A DNA stretch of 32,000 nt from Geotalea daltonii FRC-32 (GTDB taxonomy: Bacteria; Desulfobacterota; Desulfuromonadia; Geobacterales; Geobacteraceae). Position numbers and translations under genes: made by a program. Positions 1-9,494 of the stretch are shown here, piece by piece. The notes under the pieces were generated by a model, which was not told the DNA's origin, did no database searches, and saw only the letters and a program-made list of their open reading frames with translations. Within the stretch, counting starts at the first letter, position 1; each line of letters starts with the position of its first letter. The stretch spans positions 1,770,001 to 1,802,000 of the forward strand of contig NC_011979.1 in NCBI RefSeq assembly GCF_000022265.1. The letters run 5' to 3'.

Positions 1-984
1 GGAAACAAAATAAACCTTTCCCCCGGCAAGGTCTTTTGCTCCGAACCTGATGACAGTCTTGTCCTTCCTGGCAGTGTACTTCCAGGCATTCCCAAGCAGA
101 TTTTCCAGGACGGCACGTAGCAGTACCTTGTCCGCCATTGTTGTTAATCCGGCAGTTATCTCTAATTGAAGATTGTCCCGTGGCGATGTTTCACTCAAAT
201 CCCGCATAATGTCCAGGGCTATCTGGCTCAGGTCCACCTGGGATACTGACAATTCAGTCAGATTCATTCTCGAAAAATTGAGCAGAGCCTCGATCTTTCC
301 TTTCATTCTGTCAGAGGCGGCGATGATTCTCTCCATATACTGACAGGCCTGATCACTGAGACTATCGCCGCAATCCTCCAGCAAGGCGTTGCTGAAGCCG
401 ATGATACTGGTCAGTGGTGAACGCAGGTCATGGGAAACGGCAAAACTGAAAGATTCCAGTTCCTGATTTGCAGTTTCCAACCGTCTGGTGCGTTCCCTCA
501 CTCGCCTTTCCAGTTCCACCCGCAAGTTCTGAACCTTTTTTTCCGCTTCCTGCCGATCATGAATCTCTTTGTTGAGTCGCTGATTCAACTGACATAGTTC
601 AGTGCTTTTTATCGAGACCAGATTCTCCAACTGCTCCTGACGGTCGATCACCTTCTGTCTTCTCATATCCCGAACATTTCCCTGCACTGGGCACCTCCCC
701 CTGCCATTTTCATTGGCGGTGTCTGTTTCCATTTTTGCAGCAGAGCAGTACCTGGCTTTCGGGCCAAATTGGCATGGGCCGGCAGCTTCTCCGGGAAAGA
801 TGGTTGACTGAGCAGCGATACGGAAGAACGACAGGTATCCGGCAACTATCACCGGTATAATGGATAGTGAGGTGATTGCGAATCCAAAGGTCCGATAGAC
901 AGGTATGAAAACAATGACAAAAAAGAGGAGTGCTGTCACAACAAACAAATTTTTTGGCTGCATGGGGTAAACGAGTTCTCTCAT
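1..984 (-). CDS. Sensor histidine kinase, 3'-partial (C-terminus runs off the window start)
   Basis: Absent from the ORF track because there is no stop codon in the window. Manual reverse-strand translation from the ATG at 984 gives 328 uninterrupted codons. Seen: two hydrophobic helices (NLFVVTALLFFVIVFIPVY, FAITSLSIIPVIVAGYLSFF), a coiled coil, the H-box FSFAVSHDLRSPLTSI and the N-box LLRAVLENLLGNAWKYT. The frame was checked arithmetically at 666 and 126. Confidence 0.8.
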   Translation of the reverse strand, partial: MRELVYPMQPKNLFVVTALLFFVIVFIPVYRTFGFAITSLSIIPVIVAGYLSFFRIAAQSTIFPGEAAGPCQFGPKARYCSAAKMETDTANENGRGRCPVQGNVRDMRRQKVIDRQEQLENLVSIKSTELCQLNQRLNKEIHDRQEAEKKVQNLRVELERRVRERTRRLETANQELESFSFAVSHDLRSPLTSIIGFSNALLEDCGDSLSDQACQYMERIIAASDRMKGKIEALLNFSRMNLTELSVSQVDLSQIALDIMRDLSETSPRDNLQLEITAGLTTMADKVLLRAVLENLLGNAWKYTARKDKTVIRFGAKDLAGGKVYFVS

Positions 985-1178
985 GGATTGCCTGTCTCAA
1001 CATCATTAGTGCTGCAATTGGGGGCACGATAAGGTTTAGATAAGCTGTCAATAATTAATTCGCAATAATTCTAGCATGGAAAAACCTTATGGCAATCGAA
1101 AATTTGAATAGGCTGAATATTTAGCTGAGCCCTGATACCTCAATTTCAAGAGATAAACGTTTTTTCCCAGGGGCTGCG

Positions 1179-1206
1179 TTGACAAAAGGAAACTGTATTC
1201 TAGAGT
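1179..1206 (+). promoter_or_regulatory. Candidate sigma70 promoter for the OmpA-family gene
   Basis: TTGACA (1179-1184), a 16-nt spacer, then TAGAGT (1201-1206). A direct repeat TTGTTAATA x2 and the palindrome AATAA-a-TTATT (1206-1228) lie immediately downstream. Confidence 0.3.
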
Positions 1207-1255
1207 TGTTAATAAATTATTGTTAATATTTTAATTCGTCATAAGGGGGCGCGAT

Positions 1256-2680
1256 GTGAAGAAAATCAACTTTGTAATTTGCCTGGTTTCCCTGGTCACC
1301 CTTTCTCTGCTTTCTCCGGCGATGGCCGAAGGAATTCGTCCCGGCTCCTTCACACTTTCCGGGATTATCGGTGGATACACATTCGACGGCAGGCAGCATA
1401 TTGAAACCAGGCCCGTCTATGGGGTGCGTGGCGGCTACAACTTCACCAAACACTGGGGCGTCGAGGGATTGTTCGACTATGCCAGGACAGAATCGACCCG
1501 GGCCGATCAGGATATCAACTTCTACCGTTATGGGGGAGAGGTGCTCTTGCATGTATTCCCGGACAACAAGCTGGTACCGTACCTTGCGGCAGGCTATGTG
1601 GGGCTGACCAGGGATCCGGAAGGCCAGCACACAGTCAGCAAGGGAGCCTTTGACTACGGCATCGGCGCCAAATATTTTCTTACCGATGACCTTGCCCTGC
1701 GCGCCGATTTCCGCAATATGGTATTTCGCGAAGGGGCCAATGTCCAGCGTCCGGGGGAATACCACGATGAAGGCACCGGCTTTAATTATGAGTACACGAT
1801 AGGTCTTGCCTGGCAGTTTGGCGGCAAAGGGCCCGAGCCTGCGGTGATGGCCGCGCCGGAACCTCCATTACTGCAGGTAGTTCCCACTCCCCCTGTTCAG
1901 GAGGAAGCTCCGCCTGCTCCGGTTCCGGCAGCCGAACCGACCCCCGGCCGTTACAAATATTGCATTTCATTGAATCTTCAATTTGACATAGACAAGGCGT
2001 TGATTCGGGCAGAAGACCACCGGGAAATTGCACGGGTGGGGGAGTTCATGCAAAGGTACCCGGATACGACCGCCGTGATAGAAGGGCACACCGATAACGT
2101 GGGCACGGATGAACATAATCTGGACCTCTCACGGAGAAGGGCTGAGAGTGTGACCAACTATCTGGTGGACAAATTCGGCATAGATCGCTCCCGCCTGTCG
2201 TCAACCGGCTACGGATTCAAACATCCTGTTGCCGACAATGGCACCGAAGCAGGCAAGCAGAAGAACCGTCGTATTGATGCCATCATCGACTGTGCTTTCG
2301 ATGTGACAAAGATTTCGCCACCGGAGCGCCTGTGCATGTCGCTGCTGATGGAATTCGAAACCGGCAGGGCAGAAATACAACCACGGTACCATGACGAGAT
2401 TGCCAAGGTCGCTGAGTACATGAAGCGGTACCCGACCACAACTGCACTCATCGAGGGGCACACCGACAATACCGGTACGGCGGATTTCAATCAGAAACTT
2501 TCCCAGGAAAGGGCGGAAAACGTGGTGAACTATCTGGTGGAAAAGTTAGGCATAGAGCGGTCTCGCCTCTCCGCCAAGGGATATGGTGCTTCACGGCGCC
2601 TTGCCTATAACACCACTGCCGAGGGGCGAAAGAAAAATCGAAGGATAAATGCGATCTTCGACTGCGTAGTGGAAAAGTGA
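1256..2680 (+). CDS. OmpA-family outer-membrane protein: N-terminal beta-barrel, Pro-rich linker, two tandem OmpA_C peptidoglycan-binding domains
   Basis: GTG start after the AAGGGGG RBS. Signal peptide ends ...SPAMA. Alternating aromatic beta-strand pattern, and the linker APEPPLLQVVPTPPVQEEAPPAPVPAAEP. Two copies of the OmpA_C signature (IEGHTDNVGTDEHNLDLSRRRAESV and IEGHTDNTGTADFNQKLSQERAENV, each followed by NRRI). Confidence 0.9.
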   Translation: MKKINFVICLVSLVTLSLLSPAMAEGIRPGSFTLSGIIGGYTFDGRQHIETRPVYGVRGGYNFTKHWGVEGLFDYARTESTRADQDINFYRYGGEVLLHVFPDNKLVPYLAAGYVGLTRDPEGQHTVSKGAFDYGIGAKYFLTDDLALRADFRNMVFREGANVQRPGEYHDEGTGFNYEYTIGLAWQFGGKGPEPAVMAAPEPPLLQVVPTPPVQEEAPPAPVPAAEPTPGRYKYCISLNLQFDIDKALIRAEDHREIARVGEFMQRYPDTTAVIEGHTDNVGTDEHNLDLSRRRAESVTNYLVDKFGIDRSRLSSTGYGFKHPVADNGTEAGKQKNRRIDAIIDCAFDVTKISPPERLCMSLLMEFETGRAEIQPRYHDEIAKVAEYMKRYPTTTALIEGHTDNTGTADFNQKLSQERAENVVNYLVEKLGIERSRLSAKGYGASRRLAYNTTAEGRKKNRRINAIFDCVVEK

Positions 2681-2716
2681 CCACCGTTACCCCTCTCCCT
2701 TTCCGGGAGGGGGGCT

Positions 2717-4264
2717 TCAGACTCCCAGGGTAAAGAAAATGGTGGTGCCTTCATTAAGCCGGGACTCTGCCCAGATCTTTCCCTGGTGTTTTTCAATGAT
2801 TCGCTGCACGGTGGCAAGGCCGATTCCGGTTCCCTCGAATTCGGTGGGATGGTGCAGACGGGAAAAAGGTTTGAACAGGTTGCTTGCATAGGCCATGTCG
2901 AACCCGGCCCCGTTGTCTCTGACAAAGTAGATATTCTCCCCCCCTCTTTTTTCCTGTCCGACGCTGATCACCGACTCAGGTTTTTTCGACGAATATTTAA
3001 GCGCATTGCCGAGAAGGTTATGCATGCAGAGGGTGAGCAGCTTCCTATCACCCTGGACGATGGTTTCCGGCCTGTTGTCGAAGTGTATGGTGCGGCTGCC
3101 GTACTCCTCCATCAGGTCGATCATCACCTGCTGGGAGAGATAGGCCAGATTCACTGCTTCCAGGGAGATCTCAGTTTTGGTCAGTCTGTACATCATCAAT
3201 AAGGCATCGACTGCAGCCTTCAACTGCTGTGTGGAATAGCCAAGCCTCTCCATGTAATACGGAATGTCCAGGTAATCCCGGGTCTCGATACATTCGGAAA
3301 CAGCTTGGTGGAACCCTTCCAGTCGGGCGATTGGAGCTCTCAATTCATGGGAAATGGCATGGCAGAAAGCTTCCATTTCCCTATTGGACTGCTCAAGGTT
3401 CCACGTTCTTTCTTTTACCCGTTGTTCCAGTTCGGCATTGTGCGTTTCAATTTGCTTTTCATATCTTTTCTGATCAGTCACATTACGGGAGACGCCGAAG
3501 GTTGAGTTTATATTTCCCTGGTCATCGTGCAACGGACCTTTGGTGGTGAGGAAAAAGGCAGTTTCTCCATTCCTGTCGACGAGGGTTTCCACGAAATTTA
3601 TGGGATTGCCGCTCTTGATGGCCAGAAGATCGTTCCTGCGAAAAATCTCAGCCGTTTCAGGAGGGAAAATGGCAGAATCGTCACGGCCGACGATCTCCTC
3701 TGCGTATTTGCCTGTCATTAGCGCGGCTGCTGTGTTAACCATCAGGTAACGCCCTTCGAGATCCTTTATGTAAACCCCATCGCAGTTGCTTTCGATTATG
3801 GAGTTAAGAAGTTCCCTGCTCTCCCGGAGCTGCTTCTGATGTTCTTTGAGCTCTCTTTCCATGGTAATTCCCGCAATGGCATTTTCCATGGTGGCAAAAA
3901 GCTTCATCTTATCGACCGGTTTCAGGATGTACCGGTTTATTCCCAGCTCGATCGCCCTGATGAGATGGCGGGTATCGCTGTGAGCAGATATTATTATGAT
4001 GACGGCGCCGGGATGCAGTACCTTGATCTTCTCCGCCATGCCGATGCCGTCCAACCGGGGCATGTGGATGTCGGTGAGAACCAAATCCGGATTTTGTTCC
4101 ATGCACAATTTAAAGCCTTCCTCACCATTTTCCGCTGTCAAAAGCTCGCTTTCAGGGAACCTGATGGCGAGCATTGTCGACAACAGGTCTCTTGAGAGCG
4201 GGTCATCCTCAACATAAAGAATTTTTATTCCCTTGCCGTAATTAGCCGATTGCCCCATCTTCAT
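2717..4264 (-). CDS. Hybrid response-regulator receiver / PAS / histidine kinase
   Basis: REC motif ILYVEDDP...LVLTDIHMP...KP. PAS region. H-box FCHAISHELRAPIARL. ATP-lid motifs NLLGNALKYS, DNGAGFD and GTGIGLA. The start ATG overlaps the upstream stop (ATGA at 4261-4264). Confidence 0.9.
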   Translation of the reverse strand: MKMGQSANYGKGIKILYVEDDPLSRDLLSTMLAIRFPESELLTAENGEEGFKLCMEQNPDLVLTDIHMPRLDGIGMAEKIKVLHPGAVIIIISAHSDTRHLIRAIELGINRYILKPVDKMKLFATMENAIAGITMERELKEHQKQLRESRELLNSIIESNCDGVYIKDLEGRYLMVNTAAALMTGKYAEEIVGRDDSAIFPPETAEIFRRNDLLAIKSGNPINFVETLVDRNGETAFFLTTKGPLHDDQGNINSTFGVSRNVTDQKRYEKQIETHNAELEQRVKERTWNLEQSNREMEAFCHAISHELRAPIARLEGFHQAVSECIETRDYLDIPYYMERLGYSTQQLKAAVDALLMMYRLTKTEISLEAVNLAYLSQQVMIDLMEEYGSRTIHFDNRPETIVQGDRKLLTLCMHNLLGNALKYSSKKPESVISVGQEKRGGENIYFVRDNGAGFDMAYASNLFKPFSRLHHPTEFEGTGIGLATVQRIIEKHQGKIWAESRLNEGTTIFFTLGV

Positions 4265-6441
4265 ACCTCAATTCTGAATTCTGCGCCTTCACCGGTGTTG
4301 CGGGCTGTCAGCATTCCTTTCATATTGTTTTCGATAATTGTTTTAGCCATATGGAGTCCGATGCCCGTACCCTTGTCTGGGCCTTTAGTGGTGAAATAAG
4401 GATCGAATATTTTCGGCAGGAAGTCGTCCGGTATTCCTCCTGCGTTATCGGTAATTGTCACGACCGTTCTGCTGCCGTTCATGCCAAGTCTGATGATTAT
4501 GCGAGGCTGTGCAATATCGTTGCGTTGGAGAAAAGCATCCCTGGCATTGATCAGTATGTTGAGGAGGATCTGGGAGTATTCGTTAAGATATCCGTTTACC
4601 AGTGGATCATCCTCTGCTCTTATCTCCAAGGTTATCCCCAGGTCGTTGAAACTGGCTTCAACCAGCGACCGGGTTTTTGCCACTACTTCGGCCAGTTTGA
4701 ATGTGGTTCTGCACTTTTCCGGTTTGAAGAAATTTCTGAAGTCGTCGATGGTCTGGGACATATGATTGACAATGCTCATACCTGTATTTACATTATCTTC
4801 CAAGAATATGGTATCCAGTTTGCCCGCCGTATGAAATAACGGCAGCCTTTGGAGCAGGAGCGCCAGCGAGTTGAGAGGTTGGCGCCATTGATGGGCAATG
4901 TTGCCGATCATTTCGCCCATGGCAGCATGCCGGTTCTGTTCCATGAGCATACGTTCCCTCTGGTGAAGCTTTTCCATGGTTTTCAGCCGTTCATCGCTTT
5001 CCTGGGCAAGTTTGTGTTCCGTCTCCAGCCGGCGGCAGGCCAGATCCACATTTTCCAGGGCAAATGAAATATTAACTGCCATCTGCTGCAGCAAGCAGAT
5101 CAGCTGTCTGTTGAAATAGCCCGGCTCCTCCGCATAGAGGGTGAAAGCGCCGATGACATTTCCATTCAGTTTAAGAGGAAGGGCGGCTGCAGAACCAAAT
5201 CCCCTTTTTGCCGATTCATTGCGCCATGGCTGCAAAGCTTCTTTGGCAATGTCGTCGCAAATCCATAATACCTCATTTCTTATGGCGGAACAGGTCGCAG
5301 GCATTTCAATCGGTTGTTCCTGTGAAAAAACAGGAATCAGGTCCAGGAAACCTTGGTCAAATCCGCTCCATGCCTGTGGTCCGATAATGCCGTTTTCATC
5401 CAGAAGCCCGATCCAGGCAAGCTTGAAACCGCCATGTTCAATTGCGATCCGGCAAATCTCCTGAAACAGCGAATCACGATGGGTGGTGTGGACAATGGTC
5501 TGGGTAGTTTCACTCATTACTGCATAAAGGCGGTTCAAATGCAACAGCTGCTGCTCGGTCTTTTTCCGTTCATCAACTTCTTCCAGTAGGGAACTCACCA
5601 TCCGGGCAAGCTCTCCGGTACGCTCAGCTACGCGGCATTCCAGCTGTTCATTGATCCTGAGCAGGTTTTCCTCTGCCATCTTGCGTTCGGAAATGTCGGC
5701 CCAGTAGATGGAAATGCCTTCTGGATTCGGGAAAACTCTCACATCGAACCAGGTGTTCGGTGGGCCCCATGACACCTCGGTATGCCTGAATACTCGCTGG
5801 GTCATGGTCTTGCGATAATCCGTTTCCAGCCTGGTGTTGATCAGCTCGGGAAAAACCTCCCATAGATTGCGACCCAGAAGCTCATCCTGTTCATAAGGGC
5901 TGTTTAGTGCGGCGCGCTGGTTGGCATAGGTGATCTGCCATTGATAATTGACGGACAGAAAGCCGTCGCTGATATTTGCCAGGATGTCTGAAAGTCTGGC
6001 CTGGGAGCGGAAGATCTCGTCTTTCCACCGTTTACGTTTGGCAATGTCTTCAGCGATAAAGGTGAACCTTGGGTGGTCACGATCGGCCGAACCAATCGAG
6101 GCGATGACGACCGAAAGCGGGCGCTTGCTTCCCGCGACCGCATGCTCGTACTCAAAACTGACTGGCAAACCCTCCTTTAGGCAATGGTTGCACTGGGCAG
6201 CCCAGAAGGCATTGGCATCAGTTGCCATGCCAAGGAGTGGCTCAGGCTGATTGCAGCATTCGAGCGCAAAGCATCGGACCGCTGCGTTGTTGACATCTAT
6301 GGCAAGGACCACCTGCTTCGCGACTTCTATTACTCCTATAAGGAAGGGGGAATTGCCATAGATGTTGTGCAGGATGACTGTTTTCTCATGCAGTTCTTCT
6401 TCCACCCGCTTATGCTCAATTTGCACCCTGGTATCGGCCAT
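4261..6441 (-). CDS. Cytoplasmic PAS-PAS-GAF sensor histidine kinase
   Basis: H-box IGNIAHQWRQPLNSL. ATPase motifs ILLNILINARDA, DNAGGIP and GTGIGLHMA. No TM segments. The track start at 6477 is TTG. The ATG at 6441 (MADTRVQ...) has a GGAGAA RBS 6 nt upstream and is preferred. Confidence 0.88.
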   Translation of the reverse strand: MADTRVQIEHKRVEEELHEKTVILHNIYGNSPFLIGVIEVAKQVVLAIDVNNAAVRCFALECCNQPEPLLGMATDANAFWAAQCNHCLKEGLPVSFEYEHAVAGSKRPLSVVIASIGSADRDHPRFTFIAEDIAKRKRWKDEIFRSQARLSDILANISDGFLSVNYQWQITYANQRAALNSPYEQDELLGRNLWEVFPELINTRLETDYRKTMTQRVFRHTEVSWGPPNTWFDVRVFPNPEGISIYWADISERKMAEENLLRINEQLECRVAERTGELARMVSSLLEEVDERKKTEQQLLHLNRLYAVMSETTQTIVHTTHRDSLFQEICRIAIEHGGFKLAWIGLLDENGIIGPQAWSGFDQGFLDLIPVFSQEQPIEMPATCSAIRNEVLWICDDIAKEALQPWRNESAKRGFGSAAALPLKLNGNVIGAFTLYAEEPGYFNRQLICLLQQMAVNISFALENVDLACRRLETEHKLAQESDERLKTMEKLHQRERMLMEQNRHAAMGEMIGNIAHQWRQPLNSLALLLQRLPLFHTAGKLDTIFLEDNVNTGMSIVNHMSQTIDDFRNFFKPEKCRTTFKLAEVVAKTRSLVEASFNDLGITLEIRAEDDPLVNGYLNEYSQILLNILINARDAFLQRNDIAQPRIIIRLGMNGSRTVVTITDNAGGIPDDFLPKIFDPYFTTKGPDKGTGIGLHMAKTIIENNMKGMLTARNTGEGAEFRIEV

Positions 6442-6516
6442 AAAATTTTCTCCAGACGCAAAAGATGAAAGTGACAACCGGGTGGATGTGAGAGCGCGGT
6501 GCCCGGGCGGGGTATA

Positions 6517-6545
6517 ATTATAGTGAGTAAATTAACTAACATGAA
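6517..6545 (-). promoter_or_regulatory. Candidate sigma70 promoter for the kinase operon
   Basis: Minus strand reads TTCATG, a 17-nt spacer, then TATAAT (perfect -10, plus-strand coordinates 6517-6522). Confidence 0.3.
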
Positions 6546-6628
6546 TTTGGTGTATCTGGCTATAAAAAATTGAAAATTTGCTGAGGCTGGGGAACAGGTG
6601 GGGGGGAGGGCAACGAGGCTAATACTGC

Positions 6629-6657
6629 TTGACATGAAAGAACAGCCGGTCTAATGT
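6629..6657 (+). promoter_or_regulatory. Candidate sigma70 promoter for the flavin reductase-like gene
   Basis: TTGACA (6629-6634), a 17-nt spacer, then TAATGT (6652-6657). Confidence 0.3.
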
Positions 6658-6826
6658 TTTTCCACCACGAAGAGACGGATAACTTCAATGGAATAATTTG
6701 CAAACAGGGCATCAATGCATAGCTGCCCGGTTCCAGCCTGCCCGTAAGTGCCTGCCATTATTTCACGGAATCCATGCAGTAAAGAAATAGCCAACCCACA
6801 CAGTTGAAATTTACAGGAGGTAAATC

Positions 6827-7399
6827 ATGAAGCAATCTTTGGGGGCCAAGACCCTGCTATTTCCTACGCCGGTACTGATGGTAGGAACTTATGACCACGA
6901 AGGCAAGCCCAATATCATGAATGCAGCCTGGGGAGGTATCTGCTGTTCCCAGCCTCCCTGCATTGCTGTTTCCCTGCGCAAGGCGACACATACCTATGCC
7001 GCCATCGTGGAACGAAAGGCCTTTACTGTCGGCATAGTGTCGGAAAATCAGGTGAAACAAGCGGATTATATGGGCGTTGTCTCTGGGCGGGATGTGGACA
7101 AATTTGCGGTCGCCGGCCTGACCGCTGTGAAAAGCGATCTGGTTGACGCCCCCTATGCGGCAGAGTTTCCCTTTGTTCTGGAATGCCGCCTGCTGCATAC
7201 TCTTGAGATTGGCTTGCACACCCAGTTCGTGGGAGAAATCATGGATGTAAAGGCAGATGCCGATGTGTTGGGTGCGGATGGTTTGCCGGACATATTAAAG
7301 CTGAAACCCCTGGTCTACGATACGGGTCATCGGGGCTACTACGGCATCGGATCGCTGCTCGGTCAGGCATTTTCCATTGGCAGGGAGCTGGTGGAATAA
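6827..7399 (+). CDS. Flavin reductase-like (FMN-binding split-barrel) domain protein
   Basis: AGGAGG RBS. The N-terminal LFPTPVLMVGTYDHEGKPNIMNAAWGG pattern is typical of the flavin reductase-like domain family. 190 aa. Confidence 0.8.
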   Translation: MKQSLGAKTLLFPTPVLMVGTYDHEGKPNIMNAAWGGICCSQPPCIAVSLRKATHTYAAIVERKAFTVGIVSENQVKQADYMGVVSGRDVDKFAVAGLTAVKSDLVDAPYAAEFPFVLECRLLHTLEIGLHTQFVGEIMDVKADADVLGADGLPDILKLKPLVYDTGHRGYYGIGSLLGQAFSIGRELVE

Positions 7400-7446
7400 G
7401 GCGGGGACGGGAATCACCGTTAAATCAAACTAAAAGGAGAAACACC

Positions 7447-7635
7447 ATGCCGTTTATCAGAATAGATATAGCCTCAAAATTGTCCAAGGAGCAGAAGGCG
7501 CTATTGGCCGAAAAAATTACCGAAGCAGTCGGTTCGGTGACCCAGGCTCCAGCCCACGTTACCTATGTGATAATCAATGAGCTTGAGCATGAAGATATCG
7601 CCGTGGGGGGCAAGCTTCTGACGGACCGGGCTTAA
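7447..7635 (+). CDS. 4-oxalocrotonate tautomerase family protein
   Basis: 62 aa, begins MPFIRIDI (catalytic Pro-1 after Met removal), AAGGAG RBS. Size and pattern are typical of the 4-OT family. Confidence 0.8.
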   Translation: MPFIRIDIASKLSKEQKALLAEKITEAVGSVTQAPAHVTYVIINELEHEDIAVGGKLLTDRA

Positions 7636-7660
7636 ATGGCTGTTGTATTAAAATGGCAAT

Positions 7661-7693
7661 AAAAAAAGGGGCAGCGTCGGCTGCCCCTTTTTT
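7661..7693. terminator. Bidirectional rho-independent terminator between the tautomerase gene and hcp
   Basis: AAAAAAA-GGGGCAGC-gtcg-GCTGCCCC-TTTTTT. The perfect 8-bp stem is flanked by an A-run and a T-run. Confidence 0.85.
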
Positions 7694-7711
7694 GTTGCCC
7701 GACCGAATTCT

Positions 7712-9346
7712 TTAGCCGAGAATCTGTTTCAAGTCCCCTTCGGCTGTGCCGATCGGGGCTATATTGAAGTTCTCAACCAGGAAGTTGAGCACGTTCGGGG
7801 TGATGAAAGCTGGAAGGCTCGGTCCCAGCTTGATGTTCTTGATACCCAGGTGGAGCAGGGTGAGGAGAATTGCTACAGCTTTCTGCTCGTACCAGGAGAG
7901 GATCATGGACAGCGGCAGGTCGTTGACGCCGCAATTGAAGGCACCGGCTAAAGCCACGGCAATCTGGATCGCCGAGTAGGCGTCATTGCACTGGCCGATG
8001 TCGAGAAGGCGCGGTATGCCGCCGATGTCGCCGAAATCCAGCTTGTTGAAGCGGTACTTGCCGCAGGCCAAAGTGAGGATGACGCAGTCCTTGGGCACCT
8101 TCTCGGCAAATTCGGTATAGTAGTTACGTCCGGATTTGGCGCCGTCGCAGCCGCCGATGAGGAAGAAGTGGCGGATCTGGCCGGCCTTGACCGCATCGAT
8201 GACCTTGTCTGCCACACCGAGGACGGCATTGTGGCCGAAGCCGGTGAGGATCTCCTTGCCCGGGTTCTCTTCAAAACCCGGCAGTTCCTGAGCCTTCCTG
8301 ATTACCGCAGAAAAATCATAGCCATCCAGATGTTTCACATCGGGCCATTGCACCAGTCCCCAGGTGAAGAGCCGATCCTTATAGCTGTCTGCGGGACGCT
8401 GGATGCAGTTGGTATTGAAGATGATGGCGCCGGGGAAGTTGACAAACTCCTTGGCCTGATCCTGCCATGCACCGCCGAAATTGCCCGCCAGATGAGCGTA
8501 CTTTTTCAGCCCCGGGTAGCCGTGGGCGGGGAGCATTTCGCCGTGGGTGTAGACGTTGACGCCTGTACCCACGGTCTGCTTCAAAAGCTCCTCAAGCATG
8601 CGCAGGTCATGTCCGGAAACGAGTATTGCCTTGCCCGCTTTGGTCCCAAGCTGCACCGGGGTCGGAACCGGATGACCGAAGCTGTCGGTGTTGGCTTTGT
8701 TGAGCAGCTCCATGGTTACAAGGTTGATTCGCCCGCATTCCATGGCCAGCCCGACGAAATCCATGAGGCCGAGGCTCTTGTCCAGGGTGGCGGCAAGGGC
8801 CTTGTGGGTATAGGCGTAAATCTCGTCGTTTTCCAGACCGATGACCAGGGCGTGGTGGGCATAGGCGGCATAGCCTTTCATGCCGTAGATGATGATTTCC
8901 TGAACCGATTTCACATCGGGATCGATGCTGTCATCCTTGACTCCGTGCTGCGCCCCAAGAGTGACAAGTTCGGCAGTCGTGCCGGGATTGAACGCCTGGG
9001 CTGCAGCCGGTACAGCGCCGCCATATGCACCGCCATTGGCCTTTTCAAAAATATTTTGCGCCTTGACGCGCATTTGGGCAGCGGTGCGGACCAGCTTGGC
9101 AATCTCTTCGGCGCTGAAATCCACGTTGGTGACGGTGGTAAACAGGCCGTCCAACATGAAGCGGTCGATCTCCTGATCTTTGATCCCTTTCTGCCGGGCC
9201 TTGTCGGCCCAGAAGGCGATCCCTTTCATGGCAAAAACGAGCTGGTCCTGAAGGGCCGCCACATCCGGCTGTTTTCCACAAACGCCTACCCTGCTGCAGC
9301 CGCCGTTGGCGGTCTGTTCACACTGGTAACAAAACATTTCTGACAT
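7712..9346 (-). CDS. hcp: Hybrid cluster protein / hydroxylamine reductase
   Basis: The N-terminal MFCYQCEQTANGGC...GVCGK cysteine motif and the 544-aa length are characteristic of Hcp. Confidence 0.95.
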   Translation of the reverse strand: MSEMFCYQCEQTANGGCSRVGVCGKQPDVAALQDQLVFAMKGIAFWADKARQKGIKDQEIDRFMLDGLFTTVTNVDFSAEEIAKLVRTAAQMRVKAQNIFEKANGGAYGGAVPAAAQAFNPGTTAELVTLGAQHGVKDDSIDPDVKSVQEIIIYGMKGYAAYAHHALVIGLENDEIYAYTHKALAATLDKSLGLMDFVGLAMECGRINLVTMELLNKANTDSFGHPVPTPVQLGTKAGKAILVSGHDLRMLEELLKQTVGTGVNVYTHGEMLPAHGYPGLKKYAHLAGNFGGAWQDQAKEFVNFPGAIIFNTNCIQRPADSYKDRLFTWGLVQWPDVKHLDGYDFSAVIRKAQELPGFEENPGKEILTGFGHNAVLGVADKVIDAVKAGQIRHFFLIGGCDGAKSGRNYYTEFAEKVPKDCVILTLACGKYRFNKLDFGDIGGIPRLLDIGQCNDAYSAIQIAVALAGAFNCGVNDLPLSMILSWYEQKAVAILLTLLHLGIKNIKLGPSLPAFITPNVLNFLVENFNIAPIGTAEGDLKQILG

Positions 9347-9454
9347 TTTTCTTCTCCTTTATATGTTGTTTTTGTTCTACACAAGCCGAAAACCTGCAGA
9401 ATCCTTTTCATCGGTTCACTCTTTTTCTCTTTAATTAGCCTTCGATGGAGCAAC

Positions 9455-9494
9455 ATTATCCTTTTCGGCCAAGCAAAGCTTTGACAAAAGTCAA
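9455..9494 (-). promoter_or_regulatory. Candidate CRP/FNR-family (FNR/Dnr/HcpR-type) activated promoter of hcp
   Basis: Perfect palindrome TTGAC-AAAA-GTCAA at 9481-9494. GATAAT -10 on the minus strand (plus-strand coordinates 9455-9460), about 30 bp from the box centre. This matches class II geometry. Confidence 0.5.

Noticed and set aside
663-1051. Track ORFs 663-845 and 710-1051 on the minus strand.
   Set aside because: They are out of frame with the continuous 328-codon kinase reading frame (984 to 1), which carries clear H-box and N-box motifs. The track missed that frame only because it has no stop codon in the window.
8168-9343. A 391-aa ORF on the plus strand, antisense to hcp. Similar long antisense ORFs occur at 1223-1765, 12395-12952, 25627-26691, 26776-27882 and 30606-31448.
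   Set aside because: All lie entirely inside well-supported genes on the opposite strand. Their translations are low-complexity and rich in Arg, Pro, Ser and Gly, with no recognisable motifs and no RBS. These are typical shadow ORFs of GC-biased coding DNA.
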